Source: Ureibacillus sp. (lineage in GTDB: Bacteria; Bacillota; Bacilli; Bacillales_A; Planococcaceae). Taken from it: a DNA stretch of 64,000 bases. The position numbers were made by a program, and so were the translations under genes. The stretch lies in the NCBI GenBank assembly GCA_035555915.1, contig DATMGC010000151.1:386-64385 (forward strand). The letters run 5' to 3'. Under the pieces are notes generated by a model. The model saw only the letters and a program-made list of their open reading frames with translations. It made no database searches and was not told the origin of the DNA. Positions within the stretch are counted from its first letter, which is position 1. Each line of letters opens with the position of its first letter. Of the stretch, positions 23,557 through 33,605 are shown one piece after another.

Positions 23557-23666
23557 TCTCTTATCTTCCAAAGTATCCACTTCGCGTGACTTGGCACCTT
23601 TTCACATGAATGTGATGGTTGCCGGGTTTCATAGGGCACTTCCCTCCACCGCTCTTTATAAGAGTT
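23557..23666 (-). ncRNA. SAM-I (S-box) riboswitch
   Basis: CTCTTATAAAGAGCGGTGGAGGGA..GCCCTATGAAACCCGGCAACC..GGTGCCAA..GATAAGAG upstream of metN. Confidence 0.95.
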
Positions 23667-23696
23667 ACGATATTAAGTTTTAAGATTATGGATGTT

Positions 23697-23725
23697 ACTT
23701 TACCATGTTCCCATCAATGCGTCAA
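23697..23725 (-). promoter_or_regulatory. SigA promoter of S-box-metNPQ
   Basis: TTGACG-17-TAAAGT. Confidence 0.6.
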
Positions 23726-24024
23726 TACCTTTTTAACTTTTCATAGAGGAATGGTACAGATTGGAAGGCATAAACTTTTTCGATATTCCCTTTGTCACTA
23801 ATTAGCAAACAAGGTACACTTTCAATTTGATAGTCCATTGCCACATTTTCTAAGTAATTTATATTCGCTTTTCCAAGGGGTAAATCAGGTAAAAGACTTT
23901 CAATAACATCCAACATTTTTGATGCAACTGCGCAAGTTCCACACATCGGTGTATATAAATAAAAGGCAACTAAAGGATTGCTCTCCTGTTGTTGCTCCCA
24001 GTTTTCTTTTGTCCATTCTTCCAT
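23722..24024 (-). CDS. Thioredoxin family protein (YusE-like)
   Basis: YTPMCGTC CxxC, IESVP cis-Pro; start could be 24024-24033. Confidence 0.85.
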   Translation of the reverse strand: MEEWTKENWEQQQESNPLVAFYLYTPMCGTCAVASKMLDVIESLLPDLPLGKANINYLENVAMDYQIESVPCLLISDKGNIEKVYAFQSVPFLYEKLKRY

Positions 24025-24067
24025 AATCATCATCCTACTTCGTTTGTTTTGGTAATTAAATCATTTG

Positions 24068-24424
24068 TTAAATTTCAATTGATGAAGATAAATATTGTTT
24101 ATGCACCGAAAATTTGGCTTCACTTAACAAATTAGCCAATACTTTCTTAGGCGCATTTGCCACCTCAATATATGTTCTAGGTATGAAAAGATGAACAGCC
24201 TCAGAATAAATTCTTTTTGTTAGCTTTCTCAACTTTTCTCCTGAATTATCCGCATCAAACAAAGTATAAAGTTTGCACTCTTCAAACGGTTCTAGAAGAT
24301 CTAATAATGCATCCTCACTTATAGTACCATTTGTACAAATGATTTTTACATCCTCAGCAAAGATTGGTGCAATGTTTAACTTATCCGATCGACCCTCAAC
24401 AATTATACACTTATCAACTATCAT
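24068..24424 (-). CDS. Toprim domain protein (YusF-like)
   Basis: IIVEGRSD and DADNSGE Toprim motifs; start re-assigned after GGGGTG. Confidence 0.85.
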   Translation of the reverse strand: MIVDKCIIVEGRSDKLNIAPIFAEDVKIICTNGTISEDALLDLLEPFEECKLYTLFDADNSGEKLRKLTKRIYSEAVHLFIPRTYIEVANAPKKVLANLLSEAKFSVHKQYLSSSIEI

Positions 24425-24596
24425 TTGCTTCACCCCACGATTTGTAGTTACACAGCTAAATAACGTCTTCAAATATGCATAAGGATAATGATTGGAAATA
24501 CGTATTTCTTCAATGAAGCTCACGTATTTTCTCACTGAAATTGTTAAGTATTATCAGTGAATGAAAAGAGATGGTTACTTATTATATTAATATTGT

Positions 24597-24629
24597 AAAA
24601 AAAACGCCAGTGGTTTTCTGGCGTTTTTT
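24597..24629 (-). terminator. Terminator after gcvH
   Basis: AAAACGCCAG/CTGGCGTTTT. Confidence 0.8.
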
Positions 24630-24646
24630 ACTATATCATATTCAAA

Positions 24647-25027
24647 TTAAGCATCAATTAATTCATCATATTGCTCAGGAGTTAATAAAGCTTCTACTTC
24701 TGAAAGATTTGTTGGTTCTATTACGATCATCCAAGCTTTTTCATATGGAGATTCGTTTACAAATTCTGGACTATCTTCTAGTTCACTATTAATTTCAACA
24801 ACTTTACCAGATACTGGTGCGTATAGTTCTGAAACTGTTTTAACAGATTCAACACTACCAAATGGCTCGTTTAATTGAATTTCATCGCCAACTTGTGGAA
24901 GTTCAACGAATACAATATCGCCAAGTTCAGATTGTGCAAAGTGTGTAATACCTACTCGCACTTTTCCGTCTTCAACTTTAACCCATTCGTGTTCTTTAGA
25001 GTAACGTAAATCTTTCGGTGTGCTCAA
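24647..25027 (-). CDS. gcvH: Glycine cleavage system H protein
   Basis: [17 protein letters not shown] lipoyl-Lys motif; TTG start after GGAGG. Confidence 0.96.
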   Translation of the reverse strand: MSTPKDLRYSKEHEWVKVEDGKVRVGITHFAQSELGDIVFVELPQVGDEIQLNEPFGSVESVKTVSELYAPVSGKVVEINSELEDSPEFVNESPYEKAWMIVIEPTNLSEVEALLTPEQYDELIDA

Positions 25028-25111
25028 CTCAAAACCCCTCCAAAATATATGTAATTCATACATGCTTAGTTTGACATATTTTAAAACCAAAAACAAGATA
25101 GAGTTGTTGCC

Positions 25112-25468
25112 TTATTTCCAAGATTCTGTGAAGTCTGTCTCTTTGAAACCTAGAGTAACTTTTTTCCCATCTGTCACGATAGGTCTTTTAATCAACATCC
25201 CGTCAGAGGCTAATAATTCTAGTTGTTCTTCCTCCGACATTGAAGTTAATTTGTCTTTTAGCCCTAATTCTTTATACTTCATACCAGAAGTATTAAAAAA
25301 TTTTTTCAAAGGGAGTCCACTTACTTCCCAAATTGCTTTCAATTCTTCTTTAGTAGGTGTTTGCTCTACAATATGGATTGCTTCATAAGCAACGCCATTT
25401 TCATCCAGCCATTTTTGAGCCTTTTTACAAGTTGTGCAACGTGGATATTGTATAAGTTTTAGTGTCAT
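25112..25468 (-). CDS. ArsC/Spx-family protein (YusI-like)
   Basis: YPRCTTCKKA, FFNTSG, LIKRPIV. Confidence 0.88.
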   Translation of the reverse strand: MTLKLIQYPRCTTCKKAQKWLDENGVAYEAIHIVEQTPTKEELKAIWEVSGLPLKKFFNTSGMKYKELGLKDKLTSMSEEEQLELLASDGMLIKRPIVTDGKKVTLGFKETDFTESWK

Positions 25469-25677
25469 TGAAATACTCCTTTACCTAATTATTAAGGTTT
25501 TGCAAGTAAAGTATACCAAAGAGTAGAACGTCAAAACCACGTTAAACTAGTAACTCACATTAGCAAGTAAGTTATTAGGAAAGATGAAAGCCCCTACAAT
25601 CATTTGTAGGAGCTCCCTTTGATTACTATGATCTACACACTCATGTAGCGTAAATATGCCTAACTATATATGCTAAG

Positions 25678-27459
25678 TTAAACTGTATATTTTTCTGCTT
25701 CTATTAATTTTTTAGATGCTTCACGTTTTTTCAAGATTAAATTATAAGGATTACTACGAGTTAATTTACGTAATGCAGAAAGTGTCATTTTTCCTGCATC
25801 ACCTTCCACTGAAGCAAGGATTGTTTCCTTTGCTTCTTTTTCAATTTCCGCAAAGGCTTCTTGGCAGAAGATTTCTGTGTATAGAATTTTTTGTTTAGAT
25901 TTCTCTACACCATCACGCTCGATTGCTTTAGCTGTCCGGATAACTGCAGATTCCATTGCATAAAGTTGGTTGGCAATATTAGCAATATTAACAAGTACTT
26001 CTTGTTCTGCTTCTAATTTAGCACCAAATCTTTGTGCGGCAACTCCAGCTACTAGCACACCAATTTTCTTAGCGTTTTTAACGAGATATTTCTCTTGTGC
26101 TAGTGGCTCATTGCTAATTTCTTCAGGCATAAGCATTAGTAATTCTTCTTGTAGCTTTTGTGCTACTTGAAGTAATGGAAGTTCACCTTTTAATGCCTTT
26201 TTCATAAATGTTCCTGGCACGATTAAACGATTGATTTCATTTGTCCCTTCAAAAATACGATTGATACGGGAATCACGATAGATACGCTCCACTTCATATT
26301 CTGCCATGAAGCCATATCCACCATGTAGCTGAACTGCTTCATCAGCAATATAGCTTAGTGTTTCTGAGCCGACAACCTTTGCAATTGAACATTCAATAGC
26401 GTATTCGGCAATCGCACCAGCAATTGCTTTTCCATCTTTTTGCTCTTCTTCTGAAAGCTGACTTAAACGATCTTCAAAGTAGCCTACAGTTCGATAATTT
26501 AAAGATTCAGATGCATAAAGATGTGCAGCCATTGTTGCTAGTTTTTCTTTTGTTAGATTAAAACTTGAAAGAGGCGTATTAAATTGTTGACGTTGGTTTG
26601 TATAAGCAAGCGCCAATTCTAATGCACGTTTAGAAGCTCCTACAGTACCAACACCTAATTTATAACGTCCAATGTTTAAAATATTAAATGCAATGACGTG
26701 CCCGCGTCCTACTTCACCAAGAAGGTTTTCAACTGGTACTTCTACATCTTCTAAAATTAATGTACGAGTTGAAGAAGATTTAATACCCATTTTCTTCTCT
26801 TCTGCCCCAACAGATACACCTGGGAATTTACGTTCAACGATAAACGCACTGAATTTATCTCCATCTATTTTCGCATAAACAACAAATACATCGGCAAAAC
26901 CTGAATTAGTAATCCATTGTTTTTCACCATTTAAAATGTAGTGAGTACCCGCTTCATTTAGTTTAGCTACTGTTTTTGCTCCAAGAGCATCTGATCCTGA
27001 GCCTGGTTCTGTTAGTGCATATGCAGCGATTAACTCACCAGAAGCTAGTTTTGGTAAGTACTTTGATTTTTGCTCATGATTCCCGAAAAGTACGATAGGC
27101 AGTGACCCAATCCCAACATGTGCACCATGTGTAATAGAAAAGCCACCTGCAGGAGACATTTTTTCTGCGATTAAAGCAGATGAAATTTTATCAAGTCCTA
27201 AACCTTCATATTCTTCCGGAACATCCGCCGCTAATAGTCCAAGTTCACCTGCTTTTTTAAGCAAGCGCACCGAGTGCTCAAATTCATGATTTTCTAGGTT
27301 TTCAATTACTGGAATTACTTCATTCTCAACATAATCTGAAGTTGTTTGAGCAATCATTTTTTGCTCATCTGTAAAATCCTCAGGAGTGATGACACGGTTT
27401 AACTCGACGTCTTCAATTAAAAAACTTCCACCCTTAATAATGTTAGTTGTTTGAACCAT
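25678..27459 (-). CDS. fadE: Acyl-CoA dehydrogenase
   Basis: AYALTEPGSGSDA, RINRIFEGTNEINR; start re-assigned to MVQTT. Confidence 0.92.
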   Translation of the reverse strand: MVQTTNIIKGGSFLIEDVELNRVITPEDFTDEQKMIAQTTSDYVENEVIPVIENLENHEFEHSVRLLKKAGELGLLAADVPEEYEGLGLDKISSALIAEKMSPAGGFSITHGAHVGIGSLPIVLFGNHEQKSKYLPKLASGELIAAYALTEPGSGSDALGAKTVAKLNEAGTHYILNGEKQWITNSGFADVFVVYAKIDGDKFSAFIVERKFPGVSVGAEEKKMGIKSSSTRTLILEDVEVPVENLLGEVGRGHVIAFNILNIGRYKLGVGTVGASKRALELALAYTNQRQQFNTPLSSFNLTKEKLATMAAHLYASESLNYRTVGYFEDRLSQLSEEEQKDGKAIAGAIAEYAIECSIAKVVGSETLSYIADEAVQLHGGYGFMAEYEVERIYRDSRINRIFEGTNEINRLIVPGTFMKKALKGELPLLQVAQKLQEELLMLMPEEISNEPLAQEKYLVKNAKKIGVLVAGVAAQRFGAKLEAEQEVLVNIANIANQLYAMESAVIRTAKAIERDGVEKSKQKILYTEIFCQEAFAEIEKEAKETILASVEGDAGKMTLSALRKLTRSNPYNLILKKREASKKLIEAEKYTV

Positions 27460-27642
27460 TAATACTTCCTCCCCTTTGTTAACTATGAAAATATTCAAGT
27501 TAAATTTTTGAAAGCATTTCTTCGAGTATCCTTACATATATAGAAAAGCTTTAGACATTCATCATTCCGGAGGCAACGGTAGTAAGACGATTGCCTAAAG
27601 CTAATCAACAATTTCACATAACTACTAAACTATCAATTCAAA

Positions 27643-28815
27643 TTACAATACTTCAATAACTCCGGCAGCACCCATTCCGCCACCGATACACATTGTGATA
27701 ACGCCGTATTTTTTGCCTTGGCGTTTTAGCTCATGTATGAGTTTTAATGTTAAAATAGCTCCAGTTGCACCTAGTGGATGACCTAAGGCAATAGCTCCAC
27801 CATTGACATTCACTTTATTCATATCAATACCTAAATGACGAACCACCTGAATCGATTGTGATGCAAAAGCTTCATTTAATTCCCACAGGTCGATATCATT
27901 TAGTGATAATCCTGCTATTTTCAAAGCTTTTGGGACTGCTTCTATCGGACCAATTCCCATCACTTCTGGGGGTACTCCTCCAACAGCAAATCCTAAAAAC
28001 TTCGCCATCGGTTTTAAGCCTTGAGATTCGGCTTCTTCACGATCCATGACAAGAACCGCCGCAGCACCATCCGAAGTTTGAGAGGAATTTCCCGCAGTTA
28101 CAGAACCTTTTACATTGAATGCAGGACGTAATTTTGCAAGTACTTCCACAGAAGTCCCTTCTCGCACTCCTTCATCAGTATCAAACGTAAATGTTCGAGA
28201 CTGCAGCTTATTGTTTTCATCTACATAGTGCTGAACCACTTCTACAGGCACGATTTCGTCTTTAAATTTACCTTCTTTAATGGCTTTTGCAGCTAATTCG
28301 TGAGATCGTACTGCAAATGCATCCTGATCTTCTCTACTTACTTCATAACGATTGGCTACTTCCTCTGCGGTATGCCCCATACTCATATAATATTGAGGTG
28401 CTTCCTCAGCTAATTTTGGGTTTAGTCGAACCGTGTTTCCTGTCATAGGAATCATACTCATTGATTCTACTCCACCCGCAAGGATTGCTTTAGAATGACC
28501 TAACATTATCCGTTCTGCTGCATAAGCGATTGCTTGTAGGCCCGAAGAACAAAAACGGTTAATCGTGATAGCTGGAGTGGAATCAGGAAGACCAGCTAGT
28601 GCCCCAATATTTCTTGCAACATTCATCCCTTGTTCAGCTTCAGGCATTGCACAACCCATTATTAAGTCATCAATTGGGCCATCGTATCCGGATCTTTTTA
28701 ATGTTTCTTTTACTACTACGGCCCCAAAATCATCAGGACGTACGGTTGCAAGAGAACCCTTTTTCGCTTTAGCAATTGGCGTTCTTGCTCCTGCTACAAT
28801 TACGGCTTCGCGCAT
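27643..28815 (-). CDS. fadA: Acetyl-CoA C-acyltransferase (thiolase)
   Basis: NRFCSSG, GGAIALGHPLG, MCIGGGMG. Confidence 0.93.
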   Translation of the reverse strand: MREAVIVAGARTPIAKAKKGSLATVRPDDFGAVVVKETLKRSGYDGPIDDLIMGCAMPEAEQGMNVARNIGALAGLPDSTPAITINRFCSSGLQAIAYAAERIMLGHSKAILAGGVESMSMIPMTGNTVRLNPKLAEEAPQYYMSMGHTAEEVANRYEVSREDQDAFAVRSHELAAKAIKEGKFKDEIVPVEVVQHYVDENNKLQSRTFTFDTDEGVREGTSVEVLAKLRPAFNVKGSVTAGNSSQTSDGAAAVLVMDREEAESQGLKPMAKFLGFAVGGVPPEVMGIGPIEAVPKALKIAGLSLNDIDLWELNEAFASQSIQVVRHLGIDMNKVNVNGGAIALGHPLGATGAILTLKLIHELKRQGKKYGVITMCIGGGMGAAGVIEVL

Positions 28816-28888
28816 ATTTGTGTATCCCCCTTATTCGTTGCTTTTGCAAATTCAGTTAGAAGTTTTTTCACTTTACCGGATTCACACG

Positions 28889-31273
28889 TTAGTTACGTAA
28901 TGGTTTCCCCTTAATAAGCATGTGTTGCATTCTTGCTTGTGATTTTGGATCAGCTACAAGTTGTAAAAATGCTTCGCGCTCTAGATTTAATAAATACTCT
29001 TCTGTTACATCCGTTCCATATGGTACAAGTCCACCTGCAATAACATAAGCTAACTTTTTAGCTATTTTTAAATCATGCTCGCTAATAAAGCCAGATTGGA
29101 ACATTCCTTGTGCTCCTAATAAAAGTGTTGCATAACCAGGTGCCCCTACTACTTTTACTTTTTTAGGAACAGGTGCTGTATATCCAGCTTCCGAAAGTGC
29201 AAGGACAGCTTGTTTTGCATCGTATAGTAGATGATCTGGGTTTACTGAAATTCCATCAGCAAAGTCTAAGAAATTATTATCACGAGCTTCTTCGCCAGAA
29301 GTAGAAACTTTAGCCATCGCAATCGTCTCAAATACTTTATTAGCAATAGCTTGATAGTCAATTTCAACCCCATTTGGAATACCCTTTACGAATTTTTCAT
29401 AAAGAGCAAGATTTCCCCCTCCACCAGGGATTAAACCTACACCTACTTCTACAAGGCCCATATATGTCTCACTTGATGCTTGAATGTGTGCAGCAGGTAA
29501 ACAAACTTCTGAACCTCCACCAAGAGTCATGCCAAATGGTGCAGAAACAACCGGTTTTTTACTGTACTTTATTCGTCTCATCGCTTTTTGGAAGGAACGA
29601 ATGACAAAGTCCAATTCAAAGATGTTATCATCTTGTGCTTCCATCAAAATCATGCCAAGGTTTGCACCAACACAGAAGTTCTTCCCTTGATTTCCAATGA
29701 CAAGCCCTTTGTAATTAGCTTCTACTTCATCAATCGCAAAATTTAGCATTTGAATGATATCAAGACCAATTGCATTTGATTTCGAATGAAACTCTAGTAA
29801 CGCAACCCCGTCACCTAAATCTATTAAACTTGCACCAGAGTTTGATTTAATGACACCATGTTTTTTCTTATAACGTTTCAAATCAATTACTTTTTCATTG
29901 ACAGGCACTTTCACATAGCCAGAGCCATTATAATAAGCTAACTCACCATCTAGCTCTTTATAGAAGGATTCGTAACCTTGAGATAAAAATTCTTTAACAA
30001 AGCTTGGAATTGCTCTACCTTCAGACTCCATTTTTTCTACAGATTGTCTAACACCAATGGCATCCCACATTTCAAATGGTCCTTGTGACCAACCAAAGCC
30101 CCATTTCATTGCGTTATCGATTTCAACAATATTATCTGCAATAACACCATTCATTTCAGCTGAATAAATTAATGTTGGGACAAAGATATTCCATAAAAGC
30201 TCACCAACACGATCATCCGCATAAACAAGAGTCTTTACTTTATTTGAAAGTCCTTTTGTTTGTTTCGCCATTTCAATAGATGGTGTTTGAAGTTTTTTCG
30301 TTGGTACATATTCAAATGTAGAAGGGTCAATTTCAAAGATTTCTTTCCCTTTTTTAACGAAGAAGCCTTGACCAGATTTTGCCCCTAACCAACCATTTCC
30401 AACTAATTTTTTCATCAATTCAGGTACTTCAAATACTTTTTGTTCTTCACCTGTAGTTTGGTCATAAACCGTTTTGGCCACGTGTAGGAATGTATCTAAT
30501 CCCACAACATCTAAAGTCCTAAATGTCGCTGACTTTGCTCGACCAATCAACGTTCCTGTAACCGAATCTACCTCTCCAACTGAGTAGCCGCGCTCTAACA
30601 TTTCTCGTAATGTAACCAATAATCCATATGTGCCGATTCGATTCGCTACAAAGTTAGGTGTATCCTTTCCGATTACAACACCTTTCCCTAAAACATCTTC
30701 TGCAAATTCTTTTACGAAAGAAAGAACATCTGATGACGTTTTTTCAGTTGGAATTACTTCTAATAATTTTAAGTATCTAGGCGGGTTAAAGAAGTGTGTG
30801 CCTAAAAAGTGCTTTTGGAAATCTTCTGAACGTCCTTCTATCATTGCATTTACACTAATACCCGATGTATTTGAACTAACAATTGTTCCAGGTTTACGTA
30901 CTGAATCTACTCGTTCAAATAGATTCTTTTTGACCTCTAAATTTTCAACCACTACTTCAATAATCCAGTCAACATCGTTCAGCTTCTCCAAATCATCTTC
31001 TAAGTTACCCACACTTATAAGAGCTAAATTTTTCTTTGAAGTAAGTGGTGCTGGTTTATGTTTTAACAGTTTTTGAACTGCATTAGTTGCAAAGCGATTG
31101 CGTACTATAGGTTGTTCTAATGTAAGTCCCTTTGCTTCTTCTTCCTTTGTTAACTCTCTAGGTACTATATCTAATAATAATGTTGGAATCCCGATGTTCG
31201 CTAAATGTGCTGCAATACCCGAGCCCATTACCCCTGAACCGAGTACGGCTGCTTTTTGAATTTTGTAAGACAT
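28889..31273 (-). CDS. fadN: 3-hydroxyacyl-CoA dehydrogenase/enoyl-CoA hydratase
   Basis: GSGVMGSGIA, HFFNPPRY, C-terminal crotonase domain; start re-assigned to MSYKI. Confidence 0.93.
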   Translation of the reverse strand: MSYKIQKAAVLGSGVMGSGIAAHLANIGIPTLLLDIVPRELTKEEEAKGLTLEQPIVRNRFATNAVQKLLKHKPAPLTSKKNLALISVGNLEDDLEKLNDVDWIIEVVVENLEVKKNLFERVDSVRKPGTIVSSNTSGISVNAMIEGRSEDFQKHFLGTHFFNPPRYLKLLEVIPTEKTSSDVLSFVKEFAEDVLGKGVVIGKDTPNFVANRIGTYGLLVTLREMLERGYSVGEVDSVTGTLIGRAKSATFRTLDVVGLDTFLHVAKTVYDQTTGEEQKVFEVPELMKKLVGNGWLGAKSGQGFFVKKGKEIFEIDPSTFEYVPTKKLQTPSIEMAKQTKGLSNKVKTLVYADDRVGELLWNIFVPTLIYSAEMNGVIADNIVEIDNAMKWGFGWSQGPFEMWDAIGVRQSVEKMESEGRAIPSFVKEFLSQGYESFYKELDGELAYYNGSGYVKVPVNEKVIDLKRYKKKHGVIKSNSGASLIDLGDGVALLEFHSKSNAIGLDIIQMLNFAIDEVEANYKGLVIGNQGKNFCVGANLGMILMEAQDDNIFELDFVIRSFQKAMRRIKYSKKPVVSAPFGMTLGGGSEVCLPAAHIQASSETYMGLVEVGVGLIPGGGGNLALYEKFVKGIPNGVEIDYQAIANKVFETIAMAKVSTSGEEARDNNFLDFADGISVNPDHLLYDAKQAVLALSEAGYTAPVPKKVKVVGAPGYATLLLGAQGMFQSGFISEHDLKIAKKLAYVIAGGLVPYGTDVTEEYLLNLEREAFLQLVADPKSQARMQHMLIKGKPLRN

Positions 31274-31292
31274 AAACATCCCCCTTAATCCC

Positions 31293-31312
31293 TTGAATGA
31301 ATACTCATTCAT
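31293..31312. promoter_or_regulatory. FadR (YsiA) operator
   Basis: TTGAATGAATACTCATTCAT fits the B. subtilis FadR consensus TGAATGAnTAnTCATTCA, upstream of fadN. Confidence 0.88.
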
Positions 31313-31374
31313 TTTATGCCGAAAAAAAATAAATTCATCATCATATATTTTTTTAAATCACATTTTCTGTTCTT

Positions 31375-31403
31375 AGTGTAGTTGATTTTCTCAAAATTGG
31401 CAA
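31375..31403 (-). promoter_or_regulatory. SigA promoter of fadN-fadA-fadE
   Basis: TTGCCA-17-TACACT. Confidence 0.55.
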
Positions 31404-31554
31404 TATCTTTTAATTTAATTTTCTAAAAAATTCGTTTTGATTTTTATTTATTTACTAGAGTTCTCTATATTTTATGAACAATCATTCAATAAGTCAAATT
31501 ACTTTTCCCTTGAGTTTAAAATGTGTACACTATCATTGAAGGAGAGTGATATAT

Positions 31555-31872
31555 ATGCAAGCCATTACAACATCTGAACAGTTTAATGAAATTATCGCAT
31601 CTGAACAACCTGTAATCGTAAAGTTCTATGCAGGTTGGTGCCCAGACTGCACACGTATGAACATGTTTATCGATCCAATTATTGCAGAATATGATCAATA
31701 TACATGGTATGAAATTAACCGAGACGATTTCCCTGAATTAGCAGAAAAATATCAGGTTATGGGAATTCCAAGTTTATTAATCTACAAAAACAGCGAAAAA
31801 CTAGCACACTTACACAGTGCAAATGCAAAATCACCAGAAGACGTAAAAGAATTCTTAAATGCACAAGCTTAA
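31555..31872 (+). CDS. ydbP: Thioredoxin family protein (WCPDC type)
   Basis: KFYAGWCPDCTRMNMFI..MGIPSLL..HLHSANAK closely follows B. subtilis YdbP. Confidence 0.85.
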   Translation: MQAITTSEQFNEIIASEQPVIVKFYAGWCPDCTRMNMFIDPIIAEYDQYTWYEINRDDFPELAEKYQVMGIPSLLIYKNSEKLAHLHSANAKSPEDVKEFLNAQA

Positions 31873-31890
31873 TTGATAGTTCGTATGTTT

Positions 31891-31935
31891 AGCTGTGAAT
31901 AGAGTGTTAATTGGATACTTTATTCACAGCTTTTT
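31891..31935 (+). terminator. Terminator after thioredoxin
   Basis: AGCTGTGAATA/TATTCACAGCT + T-run. Confidence 0.8.
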
Positions 31936-31987
31936 CTTTGCTTTTAAGCATTGTTTATGTTGATCATATTGAAAGGGAATGAATGGA

Positions 31988-32191
31988 ATGCCTTTTGTTA
32001 ATATAAAAATCACAAACGAAGATGTTACACCAGAAAAAAAAGCTGCCCTTATTAAAGGAGCAACTCAGTTACTTGTTGATGTACTAGGCAAAAATCCTGC
32101 CACTACAGTCGTTGTTATTGAAGAAATCGACACTGACAACTGGGGTATTGGTGGAGAAACTGTAACAAATAGAAGAAAAGAAGGAAAATAA
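31988..32191 (+). CDS. 4-oxalocrotonate tautomerase family protein
   Basis: Start re-assigned so that catalytic Pro1 is exposed (MPFVNIK); VVIEEIDTDNWGIGG. Confidence 0.9.
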   Translation: MPFVNIKITNEDVTPEKKAALIKGATQLLVDVLGKNPATTVVVIEEIDTDNWGIGGETVTNRRKEGK

Positions 32192-32200
32192 TTAGAATTT

Positions 32201-32229
32201 AAAGTGGAAAAATGGATTTTTTCCACTTT
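32201..32229. terminator. Bidirectional terminator
   Basis: AAAGTGGAAAAA/TTTTTCCACTTT between convergent genes. Confidence 0.7.
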
Positions 32230-32252
32230 CCCAATATACTTTCCCTTTTAAT

Positions 32253-32951
32253 CTACTTCTCAACTTTTATAATGTTATAAAATTCCTCCAGCTTATGTAT
32301 TTCATAAGTAGGTGTAATCTCAGGATGTTTATAGTCACGTCCCTTTATATTTACCCAGCATGTATCAATTCCTGCATTCCACCCACCTATTACGTCTGCA
32401 CTGAAGGAGTCACCAATGATTAATGTTTCCTTTAGATTAATACTTTCAACTTGTGAAAATACAATATCAAAAAATTCCTTCATCGGTTTTTGGTAGCCTG
32501 TGTCTTCAGAAACAAACACTTTTTTAAAGTATGGTGCTAACCCAGAATCCGTTAGTCTCTTCTGTTGTGTATTGGATGCTCCATTTGACACAACATATAA
32601 ATCAAATTCCACATGTAATCTTTGAATTAATTCGATGGCGCCTTCTATTAAATGATGACCTTCCGATAGGTATTCATTATATTTCTTCTGTAAGGCAACT
32701 CCATCTACTTGAATTCCATATTGTTCAAATAGTAGAGCAAAACGTGTATTGACTACTTCATCGCGGTCAATCTCATCATTTTCATAAGCTCTCCACAGTG
32801 AATCATTTAACTTTTTATAATTGGCTTTAATTTCTGGTGTTAGTGTAACTTGTTGAAGGTTAAAAAGTTTTTGTAAGGCAACATCCTCTGAAGCACCAAA
32901 ATCCAATAAAGTATCATCTAAATCAAATAACAAAGTTTTATAACGTACCAT
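32253..32951 (-). CDS. HAD-family nucleotidase (YjjG/PynA-like)
   Basis: LFDLDDTLLDF, YQKP, IIGDSFSADV. Confidence 0.9.
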   Translation of the reverse strand: MVRYKTLLFDLDDTLLDFGASEDVALQKLFNLQQVTLTPEIKANYKKLNDSLWRAYENDEIDRDEVVNTRFALLFEQYGIQVDGVALQKKYNEYLSEGHHLIEGAIELIQRLHVEFDLYVVSNGASNTQQKRLTDSGLAPYFKKVFVSEDTGYQKPMKEFFDIVFSQVESINLKETLIIGDSFSADVIGGWNAGIDTCWVNIKGRDYKHPEITPTYEIHKLEEFYNIIKVEK

Positions 32952-33067
32952 TTCTCTTCCCCCTAAAACACAACTACCTTATTCTTTATTTTCTAATTAA
33001 ATTATATCATTCTTTTGTACAGAATAATTCCTATCCAATATGATAAAGAAAGAAGGTAGGTGAAGAA

Positions 33068-33580
33068 ATGAAAGTACAACTAAATATTCAAGGGATGTCG
33101 CAATATAGCCAAAGTGTAAATGCTCAAATCCAAAACTCTGCTTGTGGCCCAACTACTGTTTTTGTCATATTAAATTATTATCGTATTCAATCCTCAAGTA
33201 TAAAAGATATCAATAGTCTTTATCAGTTACTCGGTGGAACAAAGATAGGTTTATTTAAATGGCGACTCATAAAAAATTTACGAAAGCTATTAGGGGACAA
33301 TTGGGATGTAAGAAGCTGCACACTTCATGAAAGTCTTAAAGAACTTGAAAGTGGAAGACCCGTTGCAATGAAATTTGATAAACACTTTACATTACAATGG
33401 TTTACAAAACCCACCTTCCGTTATCATTGGGTCCCGCTTATTGGGTATGAAATTATAAATGATGAATTATATTTAATCCTTCACGATAATGGCAACAGAT
33501 ACCGTGATAGCCAAATTAGGAAGGTGCGCTATTCGGATAATCATAAAATATTAAGCTTCGTAAAAATAGAGCCGAAGTGA
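33068..33580 (+). CDS. Stand-alone C39-like cysteine peptidase
   Basis: Q..NSACGPT, HWVPLIGY, HDNG catalytic pattern. Confidence 0.7.
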   Translation: MKVQLNIQGMSQYSQSVNAQIQNSACGPTTVFVILNYYRIQSSSIKDINSLYQLLGGTKIGLFKWRLIKNLRKLLGDNWDVRSCTLHESLKELESGRPVAMKFDKHFTLQWFTKPTFRYHWVPLIGYEIINDELYLILHDNGNRYRDSQIRKVRYSDNHKILSFVKIEPK

Positions 33581-33605
33581 GAACAATTCACTTCGACTCT
33601 AGAAT

